DNA of 64,000 nt from a virus. Below, one piece after another: positions 9,869-21,700 of this stretch. The position numbers and the translations under genes were made by a program. The stretch is from positions 64,001 through 128,000 of IMG/VR virus record IMGVR_UViG_3300045988_085326. One strand, 5' to 3'. Below the pieces are notes generated by a model, which was given only the letters and a program-made list of their open reading frames with translations, had not been told where the DNA came from and did no database searches. How positions within the stretch are numbered: position 1 is the stretch's first letter; each line of letters opens with the position of its first letter.

Positions 9869-12604
9869 TTAATACTCTCCTTTCATCAATTCATAAATAT
9901 AATCAATTAACGCATCTGTTGGACATTGTACTACATTGTCATCAGAAAATTCATACCAGTCTGCATGGTAAAAGATATATTTTTTATTTCCAACCGTATA
10001 AATACCATTTTTAACAGGTTCAGTTATATTACTTAATGAATCAGATTCATTAGGAATAATTCTAAATTCATTATCTTTTACTTCCATATTACTATGAGTT
10101 CCAACTACAATAGTATTACCTCTTATTTTGAAATAATTTGCATTTAATTTAATACAATCATTTTCCATATCTAAAGCATCTTCTTTTATTTCTTTCAATG
10201 TTCCTTCATCTACTTTAACAATTTGTTCTTCTAAATATTCTTCATTAGCTTCATATAGCTGAATCCCGCCGAAATGTAGTCCATTAACAACAGCATCAGG
10301 GTCATAAAATTCTAATATTCCAGTTGGACCAATTTCATGTTTAAAGAAATCATCATCAAATGAATCTCTCACATAAACTATTGTTCCAGGCACTGCTTCT
10401 ATTGTTACCTTATTCAATGACAAAAGCTGCTGATGATATGAAGCATAATTCAATAAATATCTCTGATAAATTCTTAGAAAGACATTTTCATTAACATTAA
10501 ATGTATCTCCCATTTGACCTACTTTTGTATAGAAATACATTTTATTATATAATAAGCTAGTATTTTCTACTTGGTCTACTTCAATCATATAATCAATAGT
10601 AACAGTTGAAGCGACAGGAAAAACAACTGATGTAATTTCCGTATCTTCATCAATTAACTCATAAAAACCTCGTGAGCTTACTATAATAGGTTTATTGTTA
10701 ATATAAACAATGTAACCTAATGCAGTATTCTCATTTGGTTTTTCATTCGCGGGAAGTGGTGCTATAGTACCATTTGCTGCGGTCTTAATTAAGTATGGTG
10801 GCATATCAAATTCTAATCGTAACCATTTAATAAACTTAACTGAGTTAATATATTTTTCAGTTGTTTTACTTGTATATTTTTCTTGTAATATTTTCAAAAT
10901 ATCTTGTTTTATACCTTCATAAGTTCCTTGTAACTGTCCCAAAGTAGCAAAAGTATATTTTAAAAATTTACTATAAGTTCCTATTGACTGAATACCATAT
11001 TTTTCAAAATTAGCTAATGAACAATTATCAATCTCATATGCAGTAGCATTGAATGTATATAACATTCTTCCTAAAGTCTGATTAGGTGTGAATGAAATAT
11101 CCATCAACTTAACTAAAATATTTCCTTCTGTTGTAGAACGAAATAGCTTAATTGTATTTGCATGGAGAAAGTCCATTACTTTTTCTCTAAATTCACGCTC
11201 ATAAATAAAATCTTGATATTCATTAATCTCATTAACATCATTATAATTATCATAATAAGTAATCGCACTTCCAAATGTGTTTTCCCTATTGATAAAAATA
11301 CCTTCTTCATCACAAAAGGCAGTAATTAAACCAGAAATAGGAAACTGTCTATAACCAACATTTCCATTACGGCGGATGACTGGATATTTAGAACCTAAAG
11401 TGTCAGTTCTAGACTCTAACATAGTTTTCTTAAAAGAAGCTATTTGCGGATTATATTTTAATCTAATCTGCATATCTCCTCTTGTTAAGAACATATCATC
11501 AAATACAGCCATAACTGGATATCTAATATTTACAACAACTCCGCGGTCTCCCTTAGAATTTCTTCTTTGAGCACAGTATTTATACCAAACTCCGCTCTCT
11601 ATAGTATAATCATACCAAGTATAATTTAATACCTTACCTTCTGCGATAGTGGTTTCATGTATATCTTCCCATATAGTAAAATTACTTTCACTAGAAGAAC
11701 GTCTAATAGTTAGGTTTCCAAAGAAAAATTCAGTAATGGTTGCAACAATATCAATTCTTACTCTACCAAATTCTTCTTCCATCGTTGCAGTTACTGTTGC
11801 ATCTAATGAGTCTATTGTATTTTGAATAATTAAAAATACATAAGAAACACTATCAGTATATTCATTTACAGTAGTGTAACTAAATACAACTTGATAAGTT
11901 ACTCCATCTTCTAAAGCTGTCTTTAAAGTATAATTAATTTCATTTGGATTATATACATTAGTATATATATCTTCACTATCATAAATTAAAGTATCATTTG
12001 ATTTTTTATATATTTTTATTCTATATAATTTAAGATATTCTTTTTCAATCTCTTCATTTTCTTCATAATACATACTTCCAATAAAATCAACTACTTTTGA
12101 AGTAAGTATAATTTCACGTTCATCTATATTTTTAAAACCTTTTAAATATAATTCAGGTTTTTGTATTCCTTTTATTAAACAAACAGTTGACCATTCAGAA
12201 AAAAACTGCTGATTATCAATCAACCATTTTGCAATTTGATTAGAATCAGTTAAATTAGTTGCTCCGACTCCAGTAAAGCGAAGTTGGACTTTATAATATT
12301 GATTTAATTCAAAAACTCCGCTTTGTAAATCTTCAGGGTTAATAGTAACAAAATACTTATCATCACTATCTCTACTTTCATCTTTTTGTAATGTAGCAAG
12401 TTTAATTCCTGCTGGATATAAGCTAGGAGTTAAAGCAGATAAATTTGTATTTTGATTACTAATAACAATTTGTACATTTTTAATTTCTTCTGCACTATTA
12501 TAAATAGATAAAGAAAAATATATTCTACATGCCGTGGTTCTTATAAAAGCAGGCATGTAGGTATCCACAATAGGTGGATATAAATTATTTCCTATTCCAG
12601 GCAT
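9869..12604 (-). CDS. baseplate/tail structural protein, 911 aa
   Basis: Long ORF whose stop abuts the start of 7850..9868. Confidence 0.5.
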   Translation of the reverse strand: MPGIGNNLYPPIVDTYMPAFIRTTACRIYFSLSIYNSAEEIKNVQIVISNQNTNLSALTPSLYPAGIKLATLQKDESRDSDDKYFVTINPEDLQSGVFELNQYYKVQLRFTGVGATNLTDSNQIAKWLIDNQQFFSEWSTVCLIKGIQKPELYLKGFKNIDEREIILTSKVVDFIGSMYYEENEEIEKEYLKLYRIKIYKKSNDTLIYDSEDIYTNVYNPNEINYTLKTALEDGVTYQVVFSYTTVNEYTDSVSYVFLIIQNTIDSLDATVTATMEEEFGRVRIDIVATITEFFFGNLTIRRSSSESNFTIWEDIHETTIAEGKVLNYTWYDYTIESGVWYKYCAQRRNSKGDRGVVVNIRYPVMAVFDDMFLTRGDMQIRLKYNPQIASFKKTMLESRTDTLGSKYPVIRRNGNVGYRQFPISGLITAFCDEEGIFINRENTFGSAITYYDNYNDVNEINEYQDFIYEREFREKVMDFLHANTIKLFRSTTEGNILVKLMDISFTPNQTLGRMLYTFNATAYEIDNCSLANFEKYGIQSIGTYSKFLKYTFATLGQLQGTYEGIKQDILKILQEKYTSKTTEKYINSVKFIKWLRLEFDMPPYLIKTAANGTIAPLPANEKPNENTALGYIVYINNKPIIVSSRGFYELIDEDTEITSVVFPVASTVTIDYMIEVDQVENTSLLYNKMYFYTKVGQMGDTFNVNENVFLRIYQRYLLNYASYHQQLLSLNKVTIEAVPGTIVYVRDSFDDDFFKHEIGPTGILEFYDPDAVVNGLHFGGIQLYEANEEYLEEQIVKVDEGTLKEIKEDALDMENDCIKLNANYFKIRGNTIVVGTHSNMEVKDNEFRIIPNESDSLSNITEPVKNGIYTVGNKKYIFYHADWYEFSDDNVVQCPTDALIDYIYELMKGEY

Positions 12605-12633
12605 GATAAACTCCTTTTCTCTCTTTATTTATT

Positions 12634-13107
12634 TTAATTTTCATTATCACGTCGAGGCTGTTTTGGCAAAGCTCTTAATTCTTTCATTAAATCATAAATA
12701 AATGAATTTCCGCTTTCGTCAGTATAATGTTTATATCTCTTTTCAATACAATCTAAACTATAATCATCTATCCATTTTTTATTATAACAAAAATGATGAT
12801 GTCTTTCAGTAATAAAAGATTTAATACTATCTTTATCAGAATCAATTAATAAATTTATTTTATCTGTTAAAATTCTTAAAGTTTCATTTTGAGTATTTTG
12901 CATAATTTCATAATTTTTTATATACTCGTTAAACTGTACTTGAATAGAGTCAATCTCCTGTTCTTTATCATTTTCTTTTTTAAACATCTGTTTTAAACGA
13001 CCATATCCCCAATCCCAAAAGGAAACGAAGCCTTTTACTGCTGACGCAAAAATAACTAAAAATAGTAAAATCTCTTGAGTAGAGAATATTTTGACTAAAT
13101 CTTTCAT
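12634..13107 (-). CDS. membrane-anchored protein, 157 aa, N-terminal transmembrane helix
   Basis: N-terminal hydrophobic segment ILLFLVIFASAVKGFVSFW followed by a charged domain. Confidence 0.45.
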   Translation of the reverse strand: MKDLVKIFSTQEILLFLVIFASAVKGFVSFWDWGYGRLKQMFKKENDKEQEIDSIQVQFNEYIKNYEIMQNTQNETLRILTDKINLLIDSDKDSIKSFITERHHHFCYNKKWIDDYSLDCIEKRYKHYTDESGNSFIYDLMKELRALPKQPRRDNEN

Positions 13108-13178
13108 AAAAGTCCTCCTTCATTATTTTATACTTAATATTATAAAAATTAGCATCAAATAATGAAGGAGGATTGACC

Positions 13179-13430
13179 TTATTGCTTCTTCTTCATTGCT
13201 TCAATTTCTTCTTCTGTATATTCAATAGGAACTGTAATTTCTTTAGTTTCTTTTTTTTCTTGTTCTTCTTGCATAATTTTTGTAACTTCTGTACGATATC
13301 CATTAAATGCTACTTGTACTTCATTAAATATATCTTTAATAATATAATATTTAATACTAATAGGTAATGGATTATTATTTATCACATCACATAAATCATT
13401 ACATAATTTAATTGCATAATCTTGTTCCAT
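13179..13430 (-). CDS. small hypothetical protein, 83 aa
   Basis: ORF between the fibre gene and the membrane protein gene. Confidence 0.4.
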   Translation of the reverse strand: MEQDYAIKLCNDLCDVINNNPLPISIKYYIIKDIFNEVQVAFNGYRTEVTKIMQEEQEKKETKEITVPIEYTEEEIEAMKKKQ

Positions 13431-13455
13431 ATTTTAATCTCCTTTTATCTCTATA

Positions 13456-16400
13456 TTAACTTCCAGTATCACTTTTTGATGCACCTGATGCATCAGTAAT
13501 TGCTGTATGAATACCATCATAAAATGATATACTTCTTGTGCTATAATCTATTTTAACAGTTACGCTTGTAATAAGAGAAGTTTCTAATCCTGCTATACTT
13601 CCTTTATGAACAGATACCGTTAAACCATTAATACTTGATACAAAATTAATAGAATGTGTTTGCCCAGACTTTCCATTATTTACTCTAATACCTTTAGAAC
13701 CTATATTCAAACCACTAACTTCTGGATTCTTTGTACCTTGCCCCATTCTTAAGTAGTAAGTACTATTACCTACATCTAAAGAGGCTGTAATTGTTACATC
13801 CGCGGCTGTTAATTTACCAACTGCTAAATCTTCAACATATGTTTGAAGACTCTTACTTCCTACTGTTGTTTTTCCCGCAGTTAGTTTAGTTCCAGAAGCA
13901 TTTAAAGTAGAACCACCTAATGTAATACTTCCTCCAGTTACATTTATATCACTAAAACTTGCTTTTCCGGCCGCAGTAATACTCCAATTTGTTCCACTCA
14001 TAGAACCATTACTATTAAGCGTCATAGCTCCGCCAGTTAAAGTAGAAGTATTGATTGTCCATCCGCCAATTTTTCCGCCTGTAGCAGTAATAGCATTAAA
14101 TGAAGCAGTTCCATTAGCATTAATATGCCAACTTCCTGCATCTGAACTAGAATAGATACCATTTTTACTAATAGTACAATTACCAATAGTTCCATCCTTA
14201 TCAGCTTTAATTCTATTAAAAGTTGCAGTTCCTGCGCTATTAATAGACCAACTATATGAGCTTCCGCCTTTTAAAGTACCATTAGATTGTAATTCCATAT
14301 TACCATCAGTAGCACTTAATTTATTACTACTAATTATCCAACCTCCAATGGTTCCTCCGGTTGCTTTAATATATTTAGCTAGCATATTTCCGCTACGGTC
14401 AACTGCAAATTTTTTACCAAGTCTAATACCATCTGTACCTAAATATACAGAAGATGAAGGTGCACTATCTTTAATAGAAACAATATTGTCACTTGTGCTA
14501 AGATATGAAGCATTGGTATTATAAGCAATATAAGATTCACTACCTCCATCAATAGTCCAATATCTTCCACTTGCGGCAACCGCACCATTACCAACTCTCA
14601 CTACTCCAGTATTATCAGCATAAAACTTCTTTCCTAAAGAAATCATCCCAGTACTAATATATACTGAATTAGTGTCTCCCATATCACCATACTTGATATA
14701 AGAGTTACTAGAATCTCCATTAATTTCCCAATGTTTACCTGTATTAGCAACCGCACCATTACCAACTCTCATGATTCCATTATTATCAGCATAAAACTTA
14801 CTACCTATTGATAGCCCATTGCCGCTTAAATAGAAACCAATTCGAGTACTAGTTAAAGCATTTTTACTATTGGAATAAATTTCAGGCTCTCCAGTTGTAC
14901 TAAAAATTAAACTACTAGCTACTGTACTTCCATCTTTAGTATAATTACTTCTTAAAGATAAACCATCTTGACTTAAATAAAATCCAACAGCAGAAGAAGT
15001 TAAACTACTATGATTATTTGAGTAAATAACTGGTGTGTTATCACTGGTTTTCATCAATATCTTTCCACCGCCAGAACTTACTAACCCTAACCCTTCTGGA
15101 CTTAAATGGAAACCTATTGTATTACTATCAAGTACAGTTTTTAAACCAGAATAAATTTTAGTATTAACTGAATCTAAAGTAAGTTTTCTACCACTATAAG
15201 GTGCAGGACTATATAATTCAGTATCTGTAATTTGCCACCTAGCAATAGAACCTCCGCCTTTCGCTGTAATATAACCTTCTTTATTTACTTCAAAATTACC
15301 ACTACCAAAACGAATTTGAGGAGTAGTTAAATCTATCTCCATACCAGTTCCAGTACCATTTGGTCTATATACAAAATTACCTGAATAAATTCTTGCAGTA
15401 TTATTAGTTGGGTCTATAGTAATCTGACCTTTACCATTCGCACCAAATACTGCTTTACCAGTTTGAGCATCTAAGAAGATACTTCTTACACCTTTAGCAT
15501 AACCAATCAATCCAATATCCGCGCCAGACTGATTAGCTTCTTTTACTTTACCCATGATAACACCAGTAAAACTGTTATCATTTTCTTTTATTCCAGCTCC
15601 TACTTGAGGTGCTAAAATAAATCCACCATCACTATCAATATTTACGCTATTTCCATCCCAACCATTAATCGCTGAATTGCCATATCTATTTAACATCAAA
15701 TGTACAGGAATATGAATACGTCCTATTACAGTACCAGACTTTCTAATAGTACCTTCAATAGCATTAGTTACACATTGTCCATCATAATCATCTAAAGGTT
15801 TAACTGCCTTTTGATTTACTAAACAGGTTTCTAATAATCTATCTCCTAAATTAATACTAGATAGCCATTCCTTTTCATAAATACGTCCTAGATATTTCCA
15901 TTCATAATCTACTACATAAGCGGAAGTTGTTTTTAAACTAATATCTTCATCATATCCACTTATCTTTTGAGTTACAGTTAATTCAAAAGGATAAGAATTA
16001 TCATATCTTGGTCTACGTCCATCTGAACTATAAACTGCGGTTAAGAATCCAGTTCCTTCTTTTAAATTCACTCTGTAATCATTATTATACATTTTAACTG
16101 TAATAAGTGGAATTGTAGCATAATACACTACTCCATCATATTCAACTTCTGCCTTAATAATATGTGCAGGTGAATCATTTCTATATCCAGAGTATGTAAA
16201 AATACCTGTACTTTCATTTACAATCAATCCACTACTGTCTAGTACACCTGCATTATATTTATTTTGCAAAATACTCCATTTAATAGTAGCTTGTTTGCCT
16301 TCTGTTGAACGCGCGGAAGTTACGCTATCTAATACCTTACTTTCATTATGCCATAGCTGCACTCTAAAGAATCTATTTGCTAATGGAGTTTGATAATTTA

Positions 16401-18618
16401 AAGACCAACTATAATCAGATAACTCAGTTAAAGTTGGATACATAGGTACTTTTTGTCCAGATATTGTATTAGGTACAATGCGACAAAAGAATTCAGTACC
16501 ATTAGTTCCTGCATCTCTCTCTTTAGTAAATACTAAATCAGTTTTTGCGGACAAACTTATGCCTTTATAGTTAATCATTACTTGAATATCATTATTATTC
16601 TTAGTAATATCATATCTATCTTGAATCTCATAAGCAAAAGACATAAAGTCTCTATATATTCTAATTCCTCGTTCTAAATCTTCTTCATAATTTTCATAAG
16701 AATTAGGAATTTGAATCATAGTATTATCAATAGGAACAATCCATTGAATATCACTATGTTTAATAATTTCATCATCAATACGATTTCCTAAATTATCATA
16801 AACACTAAATGTAAGTGCTTTAATTTCAATAGGAGAGTCAACTGCGTTACTTGCTGGACTAACACCATTTTCATCATACTTAAACACACAAGAGCCATCA
16901 TGAATAATCATAGTATATGAACCTTCCGCGGTCAAGCTGTTCGTAAGTACAATAGATGCAGTTCCAAGATATAAATTGCCTTGATATACTGTACATTGAT
17001 ATGTGCTAAAATTTGTAATACTATTTACATTTAAGTTCCAAATAGTATTTTTATCTACTCTTGTAATTTTATCATATTTATTTAATTCTGCTTTATACCA
17101 ATTCAATCTATCTCTATTTGGTTCAAGTGGAACAAGTTCTTTTTGAATATTATCTAATAATGTATAATAATTATTCCATGCTTCTAAATATTCTTTATTA
17201 ATATCAGATGTATCGCTAATACTTTCAAAATTCCCTACATTATTAGTTACCGCCCATGAATATGTTAAATTATTATCTTCTTTTCCGTTCACTAAACATC
17301 TCAATGTTGGGTATCCAATATCAAAATAAAATTTAGTTCCTTCATTTGAATCAATAGTAATATCATATCCAGATGCTAAATTTTTAATAACAATAGTTTT
17401 TGTAATAACAGTTCCATCATAAACTACTGCACATTTGTATTTAACTTCTTTTGCTATAATATCACGTTTAGATACCGTCCATTTATATGAAGATGGAATC
17501 CATTCCACTACTTCTGGGTCTGTATCTGTAGCCTTTTTAATAACAGTATAGTCGTTTAAACATTTCCATCCTTGTCCACCAAACTTATTATAGTAAGTGC
17601 TTTTAGATGTAATACCTACATGCTCTATGAACCAATAGAAAGGAAGTTGTTGGGATTTATTATCAATAACCTTTCCTTTAACACGGACTTGAGCTTCAAT
17701 ACTTCTTGTATCTGAAATTAAAGAAGTGCTATCAAAATAAATACCTTGTGGAGTATGAAAAGTTAAACTATAATTACTTAAATCATCTTCACTTAAACGC
17801 TCTGCTCCACATAATTCTATATCTTTAATAAATATATCATCAATACATTGATTATCTGGTTTAGTATTAGGAAAATCATAACAGAATATACTAATACTTT
17901 CTATATCAATAAAATTTTCTCCATCAATATCAAAGATACCATACTGTCTTGTATCATATAATATTTTATATGGATTTCCGCTCATCTTATCAATATCTAT
18001 AGTATAATATCTTGTTACAATAGAATTATTAGTATTATCAGTGAAGTTTAATGCAAAAATAAGACCATAATTTCCTCTAAACTGTTGCTCTGCGGGAAGT
18101 GCAGTTCTAATTACAGCTCCGCAAATAATAGTTTGTTGATTTTTAATATATTCATTAATTGCAGTTTTATTCAAATTAATCAAGTTTTGATTTACAGTAT
18201 ATTGCTTACTATATAAAACTTTAACTTGTTTATTTTGTCTATATGACTGTAAGTTGAAAGAAGCAGATGTATTTATAATACAGTTATTGCCAACAATCTG
18301 GTATGCTTCATCGCCTTCTACTGTTGCCACATAGTTAATTCCTAATTTTTTAGTTGTGCCTAAAATAGTTTTATCAGTCTCTGTATTATTACCAGGAATT
18401 AAAATATATACAGTTGAACCATTTGGATAAGTAACTTCTGAATTACTTGAATATGCATAGAAGGTACTGTCTTGGTATTTAACTTTATATTTTCCTATTG
18501 TTGCATCTATACAACTAATTACAGTAGCTTGAATAGTTTTATCATAATTTGCTTGGTCTATTGCTCGTTCTACGATAATTTCAATAGCGTCACAAATTTG
18601 TTGTTCTATCATATTCAT
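13456..18618 (-). CDS. large tail fibre/host-specificity protein, 1720 aa, internally repetitive C-terminal half
   Basis: Repeated ~40-aa units (IYS..K..L.S..IGFYLS.DGLSL; KFYADN.G..RVGNGAVA; GG.IGGW.I...L) typical of phage fibres. Own sigma-A-like promoter at 18646..18674. Confidence 0.6.
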   Translation of the reverse strand: MNMIEQQICDAIEIIVERAIDQANYDKTIQATVISCIDATIGKYKVKYQDSTFYAYSSNSEVTYPNGSTVYILIPGNNTETDKTILGTTKKLGINYVATVEGDEAYQIVGNNCIINTSASFNLQSYRQNKQVKVLYSKQYTVNQNLINLNKTAINEYIKNQQTIICGAVIRTALPAEQQFRGNYGLIFALNFTDNTNNSIVTRYYTIDIDKMSGNPYKILYDTRQYGIFDIDGENFIDIESISIFCYDFPNTKPDNQCIDDIFIKDIELCGAERLSEDDLSNYSLTFHTPQGIYFDSTSLISDTRSIEAQVRVKGKVIDNKSQQLPFYWFIEHVGITSKSTYYNKFGGQGWKCLNDYTVIKKATDTDPEVVEWIPSSYKWTVSKRDIIAKEVKYKCAVVYDGTVITKTIVIKNLASGYDITIDSNEGTKFYFDIGYPTLRCLVNGKEDNNLTYSWAVTNNVGNFESISDTSDINKEYLEAWNNYYTLLDNIQKELVPLEPNRDRLNWYKAELNKYDKITRVDKNTIWNLNVNSITNFSTYQCTVYQGNLYLGTASIVLTNSLTAEGSYTMIIHDGSCVFKYDENGVSPASNAVDSPIEIKALTFSVYDNLGNRIDDEIIKHSDIQWIVPIDNTMIQIPNSYENYEEDLERGIRIYRDFMSFAYEIQDRYDITKNNNDIQVMINYKGISLSAKTDLVFTKERDAGTNGTEFFCRIVPNTISGQKVPMYPTLTELSDYSWSLNYQTPLANRFFRVQLWHNESKVLDSVTSARSTEGKQATIKWSILQNKYNAGVLDSSGLIVNESTGIFTYSGYRNDSPAHIIKAEVEYDGVVYYATIPLITVKMYNNDYRVNLKEGTGFLTAVYSSDGRRPRYDNSYPFELTVTQKISGYDEDISLKTTSAYVVDYEWKYLGRIYEKEWLSSINLGDRLLETCLVNQKAVKPLDDYDGQCVTNAIEGTIRKSGTVIGRIHIPVHLMLNRYGNSAINGWDGNSVNIDSDGGFILAPQVGAGIKENDNSFTGVIMGKVKEANQSGADIGLIGYAKGVRSIFLDAQTGKAVFGANGKGQITIDPTNNTARIYSGNFVYRPNGTGTGMEIDLTTPQIRFGSGNFEVNKEGYITAKGGGSIARWQITDTELYSPAPYSGRKLTLDSVNTKIYSGLKTVLDSNTIGFHLSPEGLGLVSSGGGKILMKTSDNTPVIYSNNHSSLTSSAVGFYLSQDGLSLRSNYTKDGSTVASSLIFSTTGEPEIYSNSKNALTSTRIGFYLSGNGLSIGSKFYADNNGIMRVGNGAVANTGKHWEINGDSSNSYIKYGDMGDTNSVYISTGMISLGKKFYADNTGVVRVGNGAVAASGRYWTIDGGSESYIAYNTNASYLSTSDNIVSIKDSAPSSSVYLGTDGIRLGKKFAVDRSGNMLAKYIKATGGTIGGWIISSNKLSATDGNMELQSNGTLKGGSSYSWSINSAGTATFNRIKADKDGTIGNCTISKNGIYSSSDAGSWHINANGTASFNAITATGGKIGGWTINTSTLTGGAMTLNSNGSMSGTNWSITAAGKASFSDINVTGGSITLGGSTLNASGTKLTAGKTTVGSKSLQTYVEDLAVGKLTAADVTITASLDVGNSTYYLRMGQGTKNPEVSGLNIGSKGIRVNNGKSGQTHSINFVSSINGLTVSVHKGSIAGLETSLITSVTVKIDYSTRSISFYDGIHTAITDASGASKSDTGS

Positions 18619-18645
18619 TGCTATATTCTACTCCTTTTCTCTCTT

Positions 18646-18674
18646 ATTCTAACATAATTTTATTTTCTTGTCAA
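18646..18674 (-). promoter_or_regulatory. sigma-A-type promoter upstream of the 1720-aa fibre gene
   Basis: Minus strand TTGACA-17-TAGAAT, just downstream of the tape measure terminator hairpin (AAGGGAGGGCATTAGTCCTCCCTT + T-run). Confidence 0.5.
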
Positions 18675-18728
18675 GTTTATTTAAGATAAGTGACCAAAAT
18701 AAGGGAGGACTAATGCCCTCCCTTATTT

Positions 18729-21700
18729 TTACTTTTTAGTCTTAAATGCTCGTTGTGATGCGATATTAACAAGATTATTAAATGCATCTTCAATCTCTTG
18801 TGAATTTTGAACATTAGGGAATGAAGCTTCAATATGCACATTCTGTTCAAGAGTATCAGATGCTGTGGAAATGCCGCTCATAGGAATACCAAATCCAGTT
18901 GAAAGACTAAATAATCTATCCATAATATTTGCGTTTAAATTATTTAACATACCAGCCATATCTCTAACAATTCCAATAGCTGTTAAGAAATTAGATGTAT
19001 CATCGTCATTTAATACAAGTTCTTTTTTATGTAAGAACGCTAATTTTCCACTACTATCTCCCCAATCACCTGTGTATCCACCAGTATCATATCCGCTGAT
19101 TTGGCTTTGTTTTAACCAACCATACGCGGAATCTGATGATTGAACGTGAATAGGATATGGAGCACTTGGATTTAAGTGAGTAATAGTAACTTTCTTTCCA
19201 GGTCCGCGGCTTCCAGTAGGTTTTGTTCCGTATGAATCATAGTAATATAATCCACCTGTATAGGTAACTACATCACCAACTTTAGGAACTCCATCTCCTC
19301 CGCTTCCAGAGCCGCCACCGGAACCTCCTCCAGAACCGCCAGAACTACCTGAGTCTCCGCCTGAACTACCACCACCAAAATCATCTCCTGCAGCCGCTGC
19401 GGCTTCTTTCTGAGCTTGAACAAATGCATAAGCTGCTTCAGTTGCAGCTATAGCTGCAGCTTGAGCTTCTTCATATTTAGCTATTAAATCTTCTAATTGA
19501 GCAATGACATCTAATATTGCATCTATTTCTTCCATATATTTGTTAATTAAATCATCATTCGCATATAATAAATCTTGTGCTTTCTCAATATTCTCGTCAT
19601 AGCCCTCAGATATAGCATCAAAATCAACACCTGCCGCGCTCTCTAGTTCATCAAATGAATCTTGATAATCATGAGTAGCTTGGTCTAATTCTTCAAATGC
19701 ATCTTTACATGTAGGAATAAATCCGCCCTCTCCTGCAAATACATCCGCCATGTGCTGTACGCCAGAATCCCACTGAGGGATTAAATCATTAATAACTAAA
19801 TCTTTTTCAGCATCAGTTAAATCTCTGAATGCTTCTATATCTTTACCTGTCATCTCTCTAAAGGAATCAGCATCTGCTGCGTATAATCCTTCAAGAGTCA
19901 TGAATGTAGATTCATGTAGGTTTTGTTTAATAGTTTCATTTTGCTCAACAAGACCGTTAATTAGTTCTCCATACTGTTCAGTTAATAACTTAGCTCTTTC
20001 TTGTCTTTCTTCGTCAGTCAATGACATATCTGACATGATTTCCGCATACTTCTCTTGGAACTCTACATAATATTCATAAATCTCATTTAAGTTCTCTTTA
20101 TACTTATCTTTATCAAAATTATATAAATCATTTTGTGCGGCAAGTAAATCTTGCTGTGCTTGAGCAATGCTATCTTCGTCAGAAACAAATTGATAACTAT
20201 AATTTCCTTGAGAATCACGTCTCAATCTCATTTTTGACTTATTTTGTTGAGCTTCTTCAAGAGCAATCTGTTTTAACGCAATTTCATATAACATATTTGC
20301 ACGGTCTACATCATATTGCGTTAATTTATCCTTATCCTTCAACATACCTAACTGTTCATTCATCATGTCATTTAGTTTCTGTTGCGCGGATAAGCTATCT
20401 GTCTGGTCTAAAGCTTCAAGATACTTATTCTCCAAATCTTGAATAGCATACATGCTATTAATTGTATCTAAATATTGGTCAGCATTTTTATTGATTAAAT
20501 CCCATTCATCATTTACATAATCTAAACCTTTTCCATTTGTTACTTTTTTATTTAATTCATCAAATACTTGATTAATTGTATTTTGGTATTTATCAATAAT
20601 ATTTTGAATAGAATCTTCAACCTTTTCGTTTAACTTCTCTAAGGCATCCATCCATTCTTCTTCCCATTTCTCTTTAGCTTCAGGGTCTGTTTCTTTCTGC
20701 ATCATTTCTTCTGCATATGCTACACGTTTCTTTAAAAAGTCTAATTCTTGATTATTATTTTGTTCAATTTTCTCATAATATTGTGCCATTTGAGCATATG
20801 CTTTATCTCCATAAACAAGTCCAACTACATTCATATCATGATTTAATAAATCTTTAATATATTCATATTGGTCTACTTGTTTATCGAAAGCTTCAACTGC
20901 CTCATCAATCATATCTAAGTAAGATTCTTTTATTTCATCAACTAAATCTACAACATCTTCTAACTGTTGCATTAGTTCTTCATAATATTTTTGCAAATCT
21001 TCCATAGCTTGAGCTTTATTATCTCCGTACACATCTGCCCAGCCATTATCATTAATTTGCTTAATTTGGTCCATAGTATCATTGATTTGGTCAGTTAATT
21101 TTTGAATAGGTCCAGTGCCAGTTCCTTCTGTATTAAAATAAGAAGTGTAATCTTTTAATTTAGATTTTGCTATACCTAAAATATTATCATCTTTAATTCC
21201 ATCTATTACTTTACGTTTAAATTCATTGAAATCTCTTTCAGCTTCCGCCATGTCCAGTCTTAATTCAACTTCCATAGTAAATTTCTGAATATTAATTTCA
21301 ATTTCTTTATCAACCGCATCTTGAATAGCATCTTCTATTTCTGGAATAAATGATGATACCAATTCATCGTAACGCTCCATTTGAGACTTAAATGTCTCAT
21401 AATCTTCTTTTGCAGCTTCTACTGTTGTTTTGAAGCCTTCTTGTTCTTCTGCAGACATAGCATTATATTGTGCAATAACACTATTTACATAATCTAATTT
21501 AGCTTGTAATGCAGAAGCATAATTAGTCATATATCCATTAGAATCAAAAGCAACACCTTGCATAGCAAGAAGGTTTCTTAACTCTTGAGCTTCAGCTTTA
21601 GCAATTTGTAATTTAACTTCATAAGCAGCTTTTTGTTTTTCTAAAATATCTAACTGTTCATTTAAGTTATTAATTAAATCCTGTCCATATAATTTTTTCT